Shown: piece by piece, positions 36,125-49,857 of the stretch | Position numbering within the stretch: the first letter of the stretch is position 1 | Layout: the number at the start of each line of letters is the position of its first letter | Source: Octopus sinensis | Taxonomy: Eukaryota | Length of the DNA: 64,000 bases | Assembly (NCBI RefSeq): GCF_006345805.1 | Contig: NC_043013.1 | Coordinates: forward strand, 16,430,001-16,494,000 | Reading direction: 5' to 3' | The notes under the pieces: model-generated | What the model saw: the letters and a program-made list of their open reading frames with translations, nothing else | Database searches by the model: none | Told to the model about the DNA's origin: nothing | Position numbers and translations under genes: made by a program

Positions 36125-37611
36125 ATATACTATTCTACTCTACATAAAACTTCAGCTATATTAGTACTTCTGGCTCTCATTTTTTAAGTATTCTAGCGTG
36201 TCAGTATTTTTACAAAATGATGGTACCTGTTTTTAATTATAATGTTACTTTGTAAATTAAAATCAATATTTTTTAATATTCAAATTTTATCTTTAGCTGC
36301 AATATTTTAAGTAAAAATTTTCTTGTTGTGTACCTTACCAGATGTAATAACTTGTCCTGTACTTTTCTAGGTTTATAATCTTAAGAATATTATTTCTTTT
36401 GCTAGCATTTTTCCATGTAATACATGTTTTTTTCCAGGCTGTGGTATTATGCTAATTAATAATGTGTTAATTAATAATTTAAGATTTTACATTATTGAAA
36501 ATTACCTCAATGATGCCGGTGACATATATTGAAAGTCCCCTTTTAGAACTATATTCATAAAAAAGCACCCTCAAATTTGAGAAATAAACTCATAACGTTT
36601 TTCTTTTAAAACTTCTTTCTCGTCTCAGATTTTACGGAACTATGTTTACATTATTTACATGATATAATTGCATAAATTAATATAGATGACGTAATTAAGC
36701 TAATTGAAAATGAGCGGTGTCGATGATAATTTTTTTCTTACCTCAATGATACCGTTGACATATATTAAAAGTCCCCTTATAGAACTATATTCATAAAAAA
36801 AGTATAGAACTATTATATCACCCTCAAATTTGAGAAACAAACACTCATAACTTTTTTCTTTTAAAACTTCATTGCTTGAAATTGATACCATGAAATTCCT
36901 CGAATTTAGCTCTATCATTTAAGCTTAATTAAAATATAGTTTGTTTTTAAAATAAAATAAGTTAATCCAATTTTTTGCCTTACTTATATTTTTTCGTAAT
37001 ATTTTACCTCACAACTTTTTGATACAAATTTTTGTTGCATGAGACCAAATGTATGAAATTCCTCATGTTTTTTTTTTCTATCACTGAAGCTAAGATAATA
37101 TATTTTGCGTTTAAAATACAAAAAAGTTATTTAGATCTAAACTGGAGGCGTTACTCACTTTCGTATAACTTTGTTGCAAAGTTTGATGTAAACTTTTTTC
37201 TACTGGACCAAATCTTAATTATTTATGCCAAAATGTAGCTAGGGACCAGTTCTCTTCAAAAATGTTAACAGTTGTCAGTTTTTTTAAAGAACTAAATTAG
37301 CAACAAAGCTCTGAAGATGCTGCGTGTGAGTAAACTGTGGCCTTAAGAATGTTATTCAACTACTACTGTAGTTGAAGGATATGTTAGTTATTTGACGGAA
37401 ATTTTTAAATATCTTCCAAACTGTAATACAGAAGATGAGGAACCTAAATATTTCAAAAGATTCTAATTAGGAATTTAAACTGTAACTCGTAATTAAAATG
37501 AACCACGATAGGTTGAAATATTTCAAATTAGTTTCAAGGAAATGATTTCATGATCCCTTTTATTGAAATCTGTCTCCATTTCAGGTTTGAAGCAGTTCTG
37601 GCCAATGCAAC

Positions 37612-38535
37612 ATGGAAAGCTATCAAGAGGATTATTATTATTATGGGTCCAATGTTACATTCCCTGAACCCGCTTCATTCCCTGAATCCTCTTCATTAAT
37701 CTGGATGAATGTATCTGCCTGTGTTGCAGCCATCGTAATATTCCTGTTCAGCGCATTGTTAACGACTGCCATTTTTTTAGATCGTGGAGCCTTTGAGAAA
37801 ACACGCGCTTTCTTATTACTGAACTATATGTTTAACTACACACTCTTTGCCTTGTTCTTTTATTTCCACAACGTACATATTCATATATTCGGAGATTTAC
37901 TTCAGTCTACCTGCTTGTTTATCATTACACTATATTCCATTACTAACGAAGGTGCTTTGTATTTCATACTTCCTATTTGCTGTGATTTTATTGTGAAATA
38001 CTTTAAACCAAGCAAATATGAAAGTGAAAGCTTTCTGCGTATCCAGATCATATTCACAATTGTTTTGTGGGTTTTTATCTGGATTAAAGAATTATTAATG
38101 ATCCTGGCTTTCTCAGATCACGGAGCTGACCAATGCTATATACTTTTATATTTAATTTACGTTTTAATCCATTTAGCCATAGAAAGCTTGTATCTTATTA
38201 CAATGCTGGTATTTGTATGTCTACTGATCTACATCGCAGTGAAAAGTAGAGAAAATGATACGATGAAAATTTCATTAATAACTATGATTGCTATTGTTAT
38301 ATTCGTCATAATCTTATACTCTGCTGAAACCGTTGCGTTTGTTGCACTGTATGGAGTGAGACAAAGTACTATCTTTTACGCACCCCAATTATTAAATATG
38401 GTAAGATATGTAATAGTGCCATTTCTATTGCTTTCTGATGTCACTATAAGACGAAGTATTCGGAAATTATATTCAGGGAAATGTAAAAAACCTACAGACC
38501 CTCCGTCGCATGAGTTTACTATTGAACTTAATTAA
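37612..38535 (+). CDS. Divergent class A-like 7TM receptor, paralogue 2 (307 aa)
   Basis: Intact ORF. Shares AIFLDR..EKTR, LLNYMFNYTLF, PICCDFIVKY..PSKY and PFL..SD.TIR.SIR.L with the other three. Acceptor atttcag ends at 37584, 27 nt before the ATG as in paralogue 1. Confidence 0.9.
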   Translation: MESYQEDYYYYGSNVTFPEPASFPESSSLIWMNVSACVAAIVIFLFSALLTTAIFLDRGAFEKTRAFLLLNYMFNYTLFALFFYFHNVHIHIFGDLLQSTCLFIITLYSITNEGALYFILPICCDFIVKYFKPSKYESESFLRIQIIFTIVLWVFIWIKELLMILAFSDHGADQCYILLYLIYVLIHLAIESLYLITMLVFVCLLIYIAVKSRENDTMKISLITMIAIVIFVIILYSAETVAFVALYGVRQSTIFYAPQLLNMVRYVIVPFLLLSDVTIRRSIRKLYSGKCKKPTDPPSHEFTIELN

Positions 38536-38609
38536 TCACATAAAGTGTAAAAAAAAGTATTATATCTACTTACGAGTATCTCGTAAATCTACATGCAATA
38601 TATCAGCTT

Positions 38610-41100
38610 CTATAGCCCTTTAAATATTTTATCAATTTATTGCTTCAATAACATTTTTTTAATTCAGCTTTATAATATTTTCCTCATTTTACTGGCAATT
38701 GGCTCATCCCTTCATGTTTTATTTTATCTGCCTCCATTATTCCCAAATACTTTTACCACTGTCCTTCACCAACTGCTTTCATTGTTCATTGTTGGAATTT
38801 CAATTTCTTGTCGTTCTTCAAATTTTCCTCGTTTCATTATCAATACAGTGCACTTTCAATCCCAAATTCCATATAGACATTATTTGAGAAAATGCGAAGA
38901 ATATATACAAGACTTTCAAGCTGCTTCTCATTTGTCACATAAAGCTTTTATATCATCTATAAAAGGGAGATTTATCTGATCATATCCTTTCCCAAAATCA
39001 TAAGCTATTTTAACTCATCATAATATAAAACTGAGTGGTATCATGGCCAATATAAATATATTTCTTTACTGCCCACAAGGGGCTAAACACAGAGGGGACA
39101 CACAAGGAAAGACAAAGGGATTAAGTCGATTATATCGACCCCAGTGCGAAACTGGTACTTTATTTATCGACCCTGAAAGGATGAAAGGCAAAGTCGACCT
39201 CGGTGGAATTTGAACTCAGAACATACGACAAACGAAATACCGCTAAGCATTTCGCCTGGCGCGCTAACGCTTCTGACCAATATAAATAGCAATGGAGATA
39301 AGCTATCATCTTGAAATAGTCCATGTCTGATGTTCGCTTTCCCAAGTCTTTGTTTTGCTCCTACCAATTCAGTATTTCAATTTTTCATACTTTCATTTAC
39401 TATTTTCTCTATATTTTATTCCACTCAAAGCATGTTCATTGATTTACTTATCCAACTGTGCGGTACCATGCTCTATGCTTTTCTGTAATCCAACCATGCT
39501 ACACTCAATACTGCCAATCTGTGTCTACAATTTCTGGTTATCATTTTATCAACTAAATGATCATTTTCCCCTGCTTTCCTTACTGCATTCTTTTTGTTCT
39601 CCTGAAAGCAGATTGTTGCTTTCCAGGTGATTATATAACTTTTCCGCCACTACACTGGTTATAAGCTTCCATATAAGTGATAAAAAGGTTATAGGTAGAA
39701 AATTTGATATCAGTTTACCTTTCAATACGCTATTATGCCTTTCCTTGAGACATAAGGACGTTCGTCCACTTCTCATCCAGATAAGGAGTGACCCTACTTC
39801 GGGTATTCATCCAGGTGTGCAGCAATCCTTTCATTCAACTATAAATTTCTTCAGTCAATAACCTTATACACCATCCGAGTAGGATCCTTTCCAATTCGCT
39901 ACTTTTTTTTTTTTACTTTAGTATCACTGAACGCTGATCACTTCTGACCTCTTTTTGTTTTGGTACATTTGCATGTTGTCTCCCGACCTATGTTAGCCTC
40001 TCTGCGCTTTCTATATGTCTCACTGACCTATTCCAGAATTCTCCCCCAAAACCCCTTACTTACTTCTGCATCAAGAATCCCTTCCTGATGTTGTTCCTCT
40101 CTATATTATCAAAAAGACGCGTTCTATTTGCTTGAAACAATCTATTCTGTTCAAAATCTTTGTATCCAGCACCATATCTTTTTAATTTGGCCTTTAAAGC
40201 TGTCACCATTTGTGACAATTCTTCAAGTACCGTTTACTTTCCTTCTCTTCTAACTTGTATTGACAATTCAATTTTCTGATTACTAATTTATTCTTGAGTT
40301 CTCATTATCCTATTCAATTATCCCGGTTCTTTCCATATTTTTTCCAACTTTATTCATACTATTCTCCCCCCGTTTGATTCTTGCTTTTCATTCCCCTTCT
40401 TTTCTTCATCACTCTTCTGCTTGTATACAATTGTCTCAGCTACAACATTAGTAGCAGCTATGATTAACTGGTTTGTTTCACTGATATTCCTTGTTTTTAA
40501 CAAAGCTCAAAACATCTTTTACTTTGCCTGTGACTCTCCTTACTTTTCCTCTGTCCATATACCTTATATTTGAGGACATTTCATTGTTCGCACCACATAT
40601 TTTACCTAACAGCATTTCTAGAACCCACTTCACTTCATAGTTCAAGTCTTGTGCAGCATTTACTGCCACTTGCCCAGCTTGATCATGTTCACTATTTACT
40701 TCAACAGGATTCTCAGGCACACAGTGATTCCTTTCTTTTTCTTTTTTTTTTTTTATCTCTTACTCCTTCATTACCACTTTCTGCTACAGTTGTTTCACAC
40801 ACTTCTTGCTTATGTTTTTCTATTCTTCTCTGAATTTCTTTAATCTCTAATTCTGCAATCCAATCATTTATACGAATTGCCCTTGCTTAGTCTATCAATC
40901 ATCGGGCAGAAAATTCAAGGACACCCTTTTCGTCCCATCTTCTTTTTATTGTATCCTAAGATCTCCTTTACTTCGGTCACCTTTCAGCTAACATCCAATC
41001 ACATTCTTGTTTACCTCTTTTTTCCCATTTCATTTTGATTCTGGTCCTGATCAAAGGCTTGACAACGACCTTCAGGGGCTTGATCAGAAACTCCTTGCCT
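38610..41100 (-). mobile_element. Decayed R4/Dong-like LINE (N-terminus plus RT), interrupted by a SINE
   Basis: Minus-strand fragments NFLPITFLSLIWKLITSV, GLFQDDSLSPLLFI, KLYVTNEKQLESLV..IFSNNVYMEFGIE and YLGIMEAD. The RT resumes on the far side of the SINE at 39059-39276. Confidence 0.8.
39059..39276 (-). mobile_element. 5'-truncated SINE family 1 with 12-bp TSD
   Basis: ccaatataaata at 39047-39058 and 39277-39288. Confidence 0.9.
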
Positions 41101-41127
41101 ACCGTGCGCGAATGTTTGCCTGACATC

Positions 41128-41466
41128 TAGGACATAGTGGTCCACTGTTTCTAGCTCATCGTTGCAAAATCGGCACTTTGAGTTTACATCACTTTTCATC
41201 ACATTGGCTTGATAGTTCTGGATCAATAAGCTCTGATGTTGGGCAGCCAAGATAAAGCCCTCACTCTCTGCCATTAGCTCTGAGCTCCGTAGTCGGTGAG
41301 GATGCGCTTCTGGTCTACATCAGCTTGTTTGCTACAAGCCACATATTTGCCGTGCAGGGGTTTTTGTTCCCACCTATCAGCCAGTTGCTCAAACGCATTT
41401 TGCTTTGCTATTGATTTCACCTTCTTTGTAACTACAGTTGCTGCACTTCCATCATGCTGTTCAACC
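41128..41466 (-). mobile_element. R4/Dong-like post-RT fragment with CCHC-type knuckle
   Basis: RWEQKPLHGKY...AESEGFILAAQHQSL...KCRFCNDELETVDH. Confidence 0.8.
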
Positions 41467-41544
41467 TTCTTCTTCTTCTTCTTCTTCTTCTTCTTCTTCT
41501 TCTTCTTCTTCTTCTTCTTCTTCTTCTTCTTCTTCTTCTTCTTC

Positions 41545-41603
<59 letters not shown>

Positions 41604-42965
41604 TATTCTGCTCAATACCACAGATTTGCTTGTCAGTTGTTTGACCTTAACCAGTTGAGCATGTCCCTTAGTGGCTGGCGATATGTGCATCTCTGATCAC
41701 GAGCAGAAGTAGTGGGGGAGCATCATAGCCATGTGTTGAGAGGGATTCTTTGGGGTTTGAATAGTTCACCTCTGGAAACATGGGTGGTTCTTTCAACATC
41801 CTTAAACAATCCTTATTCAGGGACCTTTTGAGCGGAATGGGCTACTCAACCTGAAGAAAATTCTAACTGGGCCCCACCTGCAAGGTCATGTGCTGTTTAT
41901 CTTGATATGAGATCACCATGTCGCGCACATATGGTTGTGATGCATGTGCCTGGTGTACCTTTATCAGACGGGTAGTCATGATGGGTATATTGGGCTTCGT
42001 ATATTTTACCCCAGTGTCACTTTGATGGCATGAACTGCTCTCTCACTCAATAATAATAATAATAGTAATAATAATAATAATAATAGTAATATATAAGGCG
42101 ATGAACTGGCAGAATCGTTAGCACACCGAGTGAAATGCTTAGCGGTATTTCGTCTGTCTTTATGCTCTGAGTACAAGTTCCTCCGCGGTCGACCGAGCTT
42201 TCATCCTTTCGGAGTCGATAAATTAAGTGCCAGTCAAGTACTGGGGTCGATGTGATCAACTTTCCCTTTCCCCCAAAATTGTGCCTGTATAAGAAAAATT
42301 ATTATCATTAAGACAGCGAGCTACCTTGCAAACAAAAAACTTTTAATATCAATACATTTTTTTAATTGTTTCGAATTTCTTTAAATCAATGTAAAGATTA
42401 TAATCACACATTAATGGCTGATGTACGTCTTTTCAAGCATAAATCAGATATTGTTCATTTATGCTACCCGAGCTATCGTCTCCTTGTTTAAACTAACAGT
42501 TCTTCAATTATTTTCTTCCTTATGATCTACTGATATCAACTACAGTACAAAATCTGGCTGCCGATTGATTGATCACCATTAAAATACTACTTGCATGTAA
42601 TTCATTTATCAATATTATATGGAATGTCGAAACTATATTTCGACAGCTTGTATTTCCAGATGATTCTGACATATAATAAAAAAAATTGAAAATATTTTTG
42701 AAAATAAGTTTTTATTGTTGATGTTGCCGTTATTTTTGTTATTCTCATTGTTACAATAATACATCTTTTACTTGTTTTAGTCATTTGACTGTGGCCATGC
42801 TGGAGCACCGCCTTTAGTCAAGTAAATCGACCCCAGGAATTATTCTTTGTAAGCCTAGTACTTATTCTATCGGTCTCTTTTGCCGAACCGCTAAGTAATG
42901 GGGAAGTAAACACACCAGCATCAGTTGTCAAGCGATGTTGGGGGCGGGGGACAAACACAGACACA

Positions 42966-43045
<80 letters not shown>

Positions 43046-43372
43046 TACGACAGGTTTCTTTCAGTTTCCGTCTACCAAATCCACTCACAAGGCTCTGGTC
43101 GGCCCGAGGCTATAGTAGAAGACACTTGTCCGAGTGGGACTGAACCCGGAACCATGTTGCTAATAAGCAAGCTACTTACCACACAACCACTCCTGCGCCT
43201 ATGTTTATAATAATTTTACATCTAAAATTGTTTTCAATGCTAATATTTAAATTGAAGTCAAAAATCCGAAAAAATGTTGTACAGAAGCCTCTAAATTAAT
43301 TTGCTACCACGATTAAGATTTACAACCTACTATAAATCTACCTGTTTTATATCAGCTTGTATGGTACTTTAT

Positions 43373-43677
43373 CACGTGATCGCGTGACCGACCAGACCAT
43401 CTGATGTTGTTACACATCGCTGGTCACAATGCGTTCGCATTGTTTTAGCCTTTTAATGACGCCACCCCGCTGGCTAAGCGAGCAGGCTAACAGAGGAAAG
43501 AGTGGGAGAAAGAGTGGTGAAAGAGTACAGCAGGGATCACCACCCCCTGCCGGAGCCTCGTGGAGCTTTTAGGTGTTTTCGCTCAATAAACACACACAAC
43601 GCCCGGTCTGGAAATCGAAACCGCGATCCTCCGACCGCGAGTCCGCTACCCTAACCACTGGGCCATTGCGCCTCCAC
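43373..43677 (-). mobile_element. SINE family 2 variant with a third tail and 12-bp TSD
   Basis: atggtactttat at 43361-43372 and 43678-43689. The tail ends ggtcacgcgatcacgtg. Confidence 0.85.
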
Positions 43678-44664
43678 ATGGTACTTTATATAGTGCTATA
43701 AACATTATATAAATTTATACAGTATTATTGTTCATTACATAAATTTATATGGTACTACAAATTTACCGATACATATCAGTTTGTGTAACTGAGTTGCTTC
43801 AGTTTATACAGAACTATAACACTACCTTCGTTATATCAGCTAATATTGTATTATATATAGTACTAGAAAATTGCTTTATATTGGATAGGGCTATAGAAAC
43901 TGTATTATATTGGCTAATGTATTGTAAATAACTGTAACGCCGTTCCGTCAGCTAACATCCTTATTTTGTATCCTAAAACATACCAGATTATGTAGTAAAA
44001 TTTAACCGCTTTATGTGGTATTACTGCAACGCAGCTCTATGTCGATCAATAGAGTACTGTGAAGGTATTCTACATTACATATACTATGTAAAACTGCTGT
44101 ATATAACATTATGTACAGCTTCTTATATATGTTTTTTCGGCCTAAATTGCAGTGATACAGTTCAATAACTTCAAACAAAATAACAACTACAATAATAATG
44201 AAAACAAAAGGTATTGGAGGGGTGATGCATACTCTACGAGCAGATAAATTTTTTCGAAAATTATAGTGTAGTTTACAATGCGTTGCTTACCCATGCTTTT
44301 TAATTGGACTGAATTAAGCTTTGTCAGTGTTTGAGTAAAAGAGGATTGAAAATCTAACAACGGTGAAATTAAGAAATCAACTCGTAAATAAACGAAACCC
44401 TCGAATCCATCATTGTAGACACACGCACTCACACACACACACACTTACACACACACAGTTGCATATCTATATATGTATTTATGTATGTTTGAAGGTAATC
44501 AAACCAAATTTTCATCATTTCGAGCTACTTACCAAATGAGTATTTCGACCAAAGTTGGTGAAAAGCCTTTTAGCCATTTTCCAGTAATTTTGCGAACTCG
44601 CAGACAAGAAGACGAAAACGAGTGATTACAATAACCTGTTTTCGCTTACGCGCGCAGAGTAATG

Positions 44665-44734
<70 letters not shown>

Positions 44735-45399
44735 TGATGATGATGATGATGATGATAAGAGAAGCTTCAGCTCACTGCTGAATAACAACATGGATGTGCT
44801 ACACTGGGCTCTCAATTCAAAAACAAATTTAATTTAATAACATCGATGGAATGGGATAAAGGAATATGTGGAAGACTTGAAGGAAGCAGCCTTTTAACGA
44901 AAATAAACAAAAAAACGAAATTTTACTGCCACACAAAGCACAGTTTCTCCTATGCACAATGTCTCAGTGAAACATGTGCGAAACACACACGCGAAATGAA
45001 TATCGGAAAGTTTACAAATTATAAAATATAGACGGAACAAAACAGTAAGTACATAAATTGATTAATTACGCATACACTCGAATGTCTGCACAATCATATA
45101 TACATTTTAATCCCCATAGGACTACACATATATCCCAATGTTTACACAACTACCTGAAATTTACAGAACACACATACACGCATATGAAAACGCGCGTCAC
45201 AAACGAAGCAAGAAAAACAAAACAAAACGATTTATAATTTTTCGAACTAACACAGACAGAGTGAACAATTCATAAGTTTAAAAGCACCACAAAATCTATT
45301 CCCGGAGATAAATCTATCAACAACAAAAATTTACAGACGAATGCAGATCTGTTGTTAGCCTTAAGAAGCTACGTTACGAGCAATGTTTTCATTCAGAGA

Positions 45400-45870
45400 A
45401 CTCGGAAGCGGTGTTTTCTCCAAAAATTAACCCTAAACAGGCATATCCGTCCCCTAAAGTCTACGTCCAAGCTCGTCATGCCGCATTGATAACAAAGCAT
45501 AATACAACCCAAAGTGACCGTCACCCGTGTCACCACCTGTACAATGCATTCGAGAAAATCTCAACGATTCTATGTGGTGAAAAGACTAGAAAACAACAAC
45601 ATTCCCACAAAAGCCTACTTGGCAAGAGCGTATTCAACACCAAACTCAGCTACTTGGGTCTGACATAGAATGTTTAAGAAAAACGTTAAGTTTGAAAAGA
45701 CTATCAAACCAACAAAAATCCGAAAAATTAAAGAAAAAATATATGAAAACCATACTTGACATTGATACCACCATAGAAACTATCAAGGAAAAGGTATACG
45801 CTAAAGCTGCCCGCATAGCAAGGTATGAAAAAGACAAAAACATGTTCAAAAACAACCCAAAATACGTTTT
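45400..45870 (+). mobile_element. R4/Dong-like N-terminal fragment
   Basis: PTWQERIQH...KKYMK..IETIKEKVYAKAARIARYEK..MFKNNPK. Confidence 0.65.
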
Positions 45871-46800
45871 AGGATCAGATTGTTTTTGTAAATATTATTA
45901 ATTGCATAAGATAATAATATGCTGCATGTATTTTTGCTAAAGGCATAAATGGTTTTCTCCAAAAATACGAGGTCTTAAAAAACAAATGCACAAAATGTTA
46001 AATTCTTGTTTAAAGGTATTTGAAACCTAGTATAGAGCTTCTTAACATTCTGCGGTTCCAGTATATTTGTGGGTGGGGATCTTTTTATTCCTCTATTATT
46101 TTTTCACCCCTATTATCTATATAAGTTTCAGATATGCATTCATCGAAAATATTTGCCTTGTCAATTGTACATAGCCAAGAACTTTTCCGTAATGTTTCTA
46201 TTATGTTAATTGGTTTCCTGACAGGAAAAAATTTAATTTTTCGCCATGAGAGACTAAAAACTGTGCCGTAGAAACATCATCAGTCTCTGTCATGTTTACT
46301 TCATTAATTCGAAGAGATTGACTTTCTTTTCTATAATGTCCATAAGGTATTATAAAATAGCTTCTCATTTCGTTTTCATTACGTTAATAAATATTTTTGA
46401 GACATCAGATCACAGAATTACATTTGGTCAAACGAGACTACAAATTGTACTTCATCATCTTCAACCGCTTCTTACATTATTTTCCAAATGCTGACTTTTC
46501 ATATTCTACCCCTGAACCACATGGCACATCATTCAGTTATATGTCTTGAAGTTCATACATTTCCTAAGAGTATTAACGATGGAATGATTTCCATCGTGTA
46601 TTTGTATGGACAAGAAGTCATAGCAACGAAGTTGTGATTAAGTCTTTAATTTGACGCAAGGATAACTAGTTATTACTAATCACAATCTCTCAATATTTTA
46701 CTATATTAAAAATAATTATAACAATTCAATTACCATCGTTGATTTCTTCATCTCCTTTATTGTCTCCATTTCAGACTTGAGACAATTCTGACCACCCAAT

Positions 46801-47703
46801 ATGGAAGATATTCAAATGACAGCTGACTGTGATTCCAACATTTCACTCTTCAGATATGAAGCTGATGAATGGTTGAATTTCTTTGTCCGTGTTGTAACCA
46901 TTCTAATATTCCTGTTGAACGTATTTCTTATTGCCGCCATTTTCCTAGATCGAAAATCTCACGGGAAAACACGCACTTTATCATTATTGAACTACATGTT
47001 GAACTACGCTCTGTTTGCTTTACTCTATTATTTCCAGAACGTGCATGCCCGTGTAACCCGAGATTTATCTCAGTCTAGCTGTCTGTTTATCATTCTATCA
47101 TATGCCTTTCTAAAGGAAGGACATAAATATTCCTTATTCCCAGTTTGCATTGATTTTATTGTGAAATATTTTAAACCGAGTAAATACGAAAATAAAAGTT
47201 TTCTACGTACACAGTTCATATTAATAGGAATATTTTGGGCCTTTGTATTGATCAAAGAATTGGTAATCATTCTAGCTTTCTCGGAACCTGGTGCATACGG
47301 ATGTTCTGTTCATTTACATATAAATTCCAAGCTTGCCGCATTTGTAATCGCAATTCTGTTGACGATTGCAATGTTAGTGTTTATAGGCTTGTTGATCTAC
47401 ATTGCTATCAAGGGCAAAGAATGTGAGATGATGAAATCACCATTAATAACTTTTGTAATTTTTGTTATTTTGGTAGTTATTTTACATCTTGGAAAAACTT
47501 TATTTTATGTTGGACTTTGGGGGGCAATAACTTATAACATATTCTTCACTTACAAGCTCGTACATTTTGTTGGCTTCTTGCTTTTGCCGTTTTTGTGGTT
47601 TTTTGATGCCACTATAAGACGAAGTATTCGGAAATTATGTTCAGGGAAACGTAAAAAAACGGTAGCTACCCCATCTCTTGAATTAACTACAGAACTAAAT
47701 TAA
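46801..47703 (+). CDS. Divergent class A-like 7TM receptor, paralogue 3 (300 aa)
   Basis: Intact ORF with the same family motifs ([56 protein letters not shown]). Acceptor ctccatttcag ends at 46774. Confidence 0.9.
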   Translation: MEDIQMTADCDSNISLFRYEADEWLNFFVRVVTILIFLLNVFLIAAIFLDRKSHGKTRTLSLLNYMLNYALFALLYYFQNVHARVTRDLSQSSCLFIILSYAFLKEGHKYSLFPVCIDFIVKYFKPSKYENKSFLRTQFILIGIFWAFVLIKELVIILAFSEPGAYGCSVHLHINSKLAAFVIAILLTIAMLVFIGLLIYIAIKGKECEMMKSPLITFVIFVILVVILHLGKTLFYVGLWGAITYNIFFTYKLVHFVGFLLLPFLWFFDATIRRSIRKLCSGKRKKTVATPSLELTTELN

Positions 47704-47800
47704 CATTATATAGAGATTTGAAAATAGCATTATATCTTTTATATACTGCTGTCATACTGCTCTATAACATATTCTTGTGTGTATATATGTATATATACAT

Positions 47801-47907
<107 letters not shown>

Positions 47908-47929
47908 CTCACACATACATATATCTGTT

Positions 47930-49180
47930 CTGGATATCATAATCGATACAAATAAGTTGAAATGGTTTCGTTCAAGAATCTTTTGAAGTTGCATAGATGA
48001 ATAATCAACTATTTCACAGACCAACATATAAATACTGGAGAAACATGTAAATGTAGATTTCGAAGGGATTTACAAGAGTCAATCAACTGGAACTTAGTAA
48101 ACTTTTGGATTCATCTACAGGTACATACTGATATCTTCGGATCTTCAACTAGGCTACAGGGTTTTAATATTCATTGTTCGTGAAGCATGGTCGAAACTGT
48201 AAGGCGTCCGAGTGTCTTTAAATTAAGTAGTTATCTCCCTTAATTTTCCGAGCTCACATCCAACTGAACACGACAGTGCGTTTTATTCTACAAAAGTTTT
48301 GATGAAATAAACCTCAATTAGGTACGGTAGATAGATTTATTTTATATATTCTGAATACCGTGACTTTATTCAAAATGTAGGAACTATTATGTAGAAATTT
48401 ATTCATAAGATATTTGATTTCAGGCTTAGATATTTTTATCAATTTCATGCTTCTTCTAGAAATATCTAGAGTATATACTTAACTGAATAAAATCGATTTG
48501 CATGCAACACACGGTTTGGAACTACGAATGCTACAATTGATGATACATAAACCTGCTCTGTAGTTGAATTACATTCATAGATTTGTTTTTATCGAAGAGA
48601 AGCTGTGGTCGTCTTTCGTCAAATACGTAAGGAAATATAGTCAATCTTTTATGCTTGTTCTTGAGGGTTAGTTAGGAATAAATGACAAAGCGAATCTGCG
48701 GGGTCTTCTTGGCATCCATGAGATTGATTTGAAAATCTTTTCTGGCAATGTTTCAAGTCGGAAATTATAGATAGACTTTAATTTGTTTGGTAAATATACG
48801 ACTCTTACGAGATTCTGCACGCTGCGCTATCATATCGTCAGCCAATGACATCCGGTATGAAGGAAGAATGGTGACTCTCTATGCAACCGTTTAGTATTTA
48901 GAGGTTCCTGTTCCGCGAAATTATTTCTAATGGTTATTATCTCTAATTGCATGAATTCGTTTTGAAGAAATCATACTCTACCACAATCTCTAAATAAGGA
49001 GGGCCAAATGCTTTCATCAGTCTAGTAACTCTGGGAAAAACAGTTCTATTTCGAAACATAACTGAAATACCTGCGAGATGAGCTTTCCCCTTCTCAATGA
49101 AATCATCAACTTCTTTAAGAAAAGGTGAGAATGACAAAAGAATACTACATTTCTGCTATGATGACAGAAATTAATCCTTC
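47930..49180 (-). pseudogene. Possible degenerate leucine-rich-repeat (Toll-like or LRR) gene relic
   Basis: Hand translation across frames gives LEIITIRNNF, LETLPEKIFKSI, LTIFPYVFD..LLFDKNK, INLSTVPN, LDIS, LDVS and SCKSLRNLHL. Many stops and frameshifts. Confidence 0.3.
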
Positions 49181-49766
49181 AGTTATTGCTGTTGTTGATA
49201 TTTAGTTTCAGATCGGCTCTGGTTATAAAAGTATTGGGTCAAAAGAGATCTCGACTTAAGTTTTTTAGACATAGAGTAGTCTGGTCTATGATAATGAATG
49301 TGTAAAACTTTTAAGGATGGGGCATTATTTGGTGTAGATTTGGCCGTTATCTTTGGCACTTCAAATGACTGTTTCAAGTCCCATTGATGGTGGAAATCGC
49401 GAGATACAAACTGTTGAGTGGAATATGGTTGTAGTAAGATTGATAGTGTTTTGGGGGTTCTGTCCCCCTTTCCGATATATTGGTTAAACTTTTTGTATAT
49501 ATGTACTCTATACATTCACTCACATTTTCATATATAGGTGTATAAGTACTTGTCTGTATGTGTGTGTTTGTGTGTGTATGTATATATACATATATATGAA
49601 ATACACATACACACAAACAGATACATACACACCACACACACACACACACGCATATATGTACATATATATGCATATATATACACACTCACATCTACGTATT
49701 TATAGATAAATACATAGAAAGATATATATACAAAATTATCATGTATATGTACGTACTCTCTCTCTA

Positions 49767-49857
<91 letters not shown>

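Noticed and set aside
45870-46700. High-complexity segment with minus-strand fragments vaguely like Polinton DNA polymerase B (PFMPLAK)
   Set aside because: No convincing catalytic motif and too many stops to support a call without a search.
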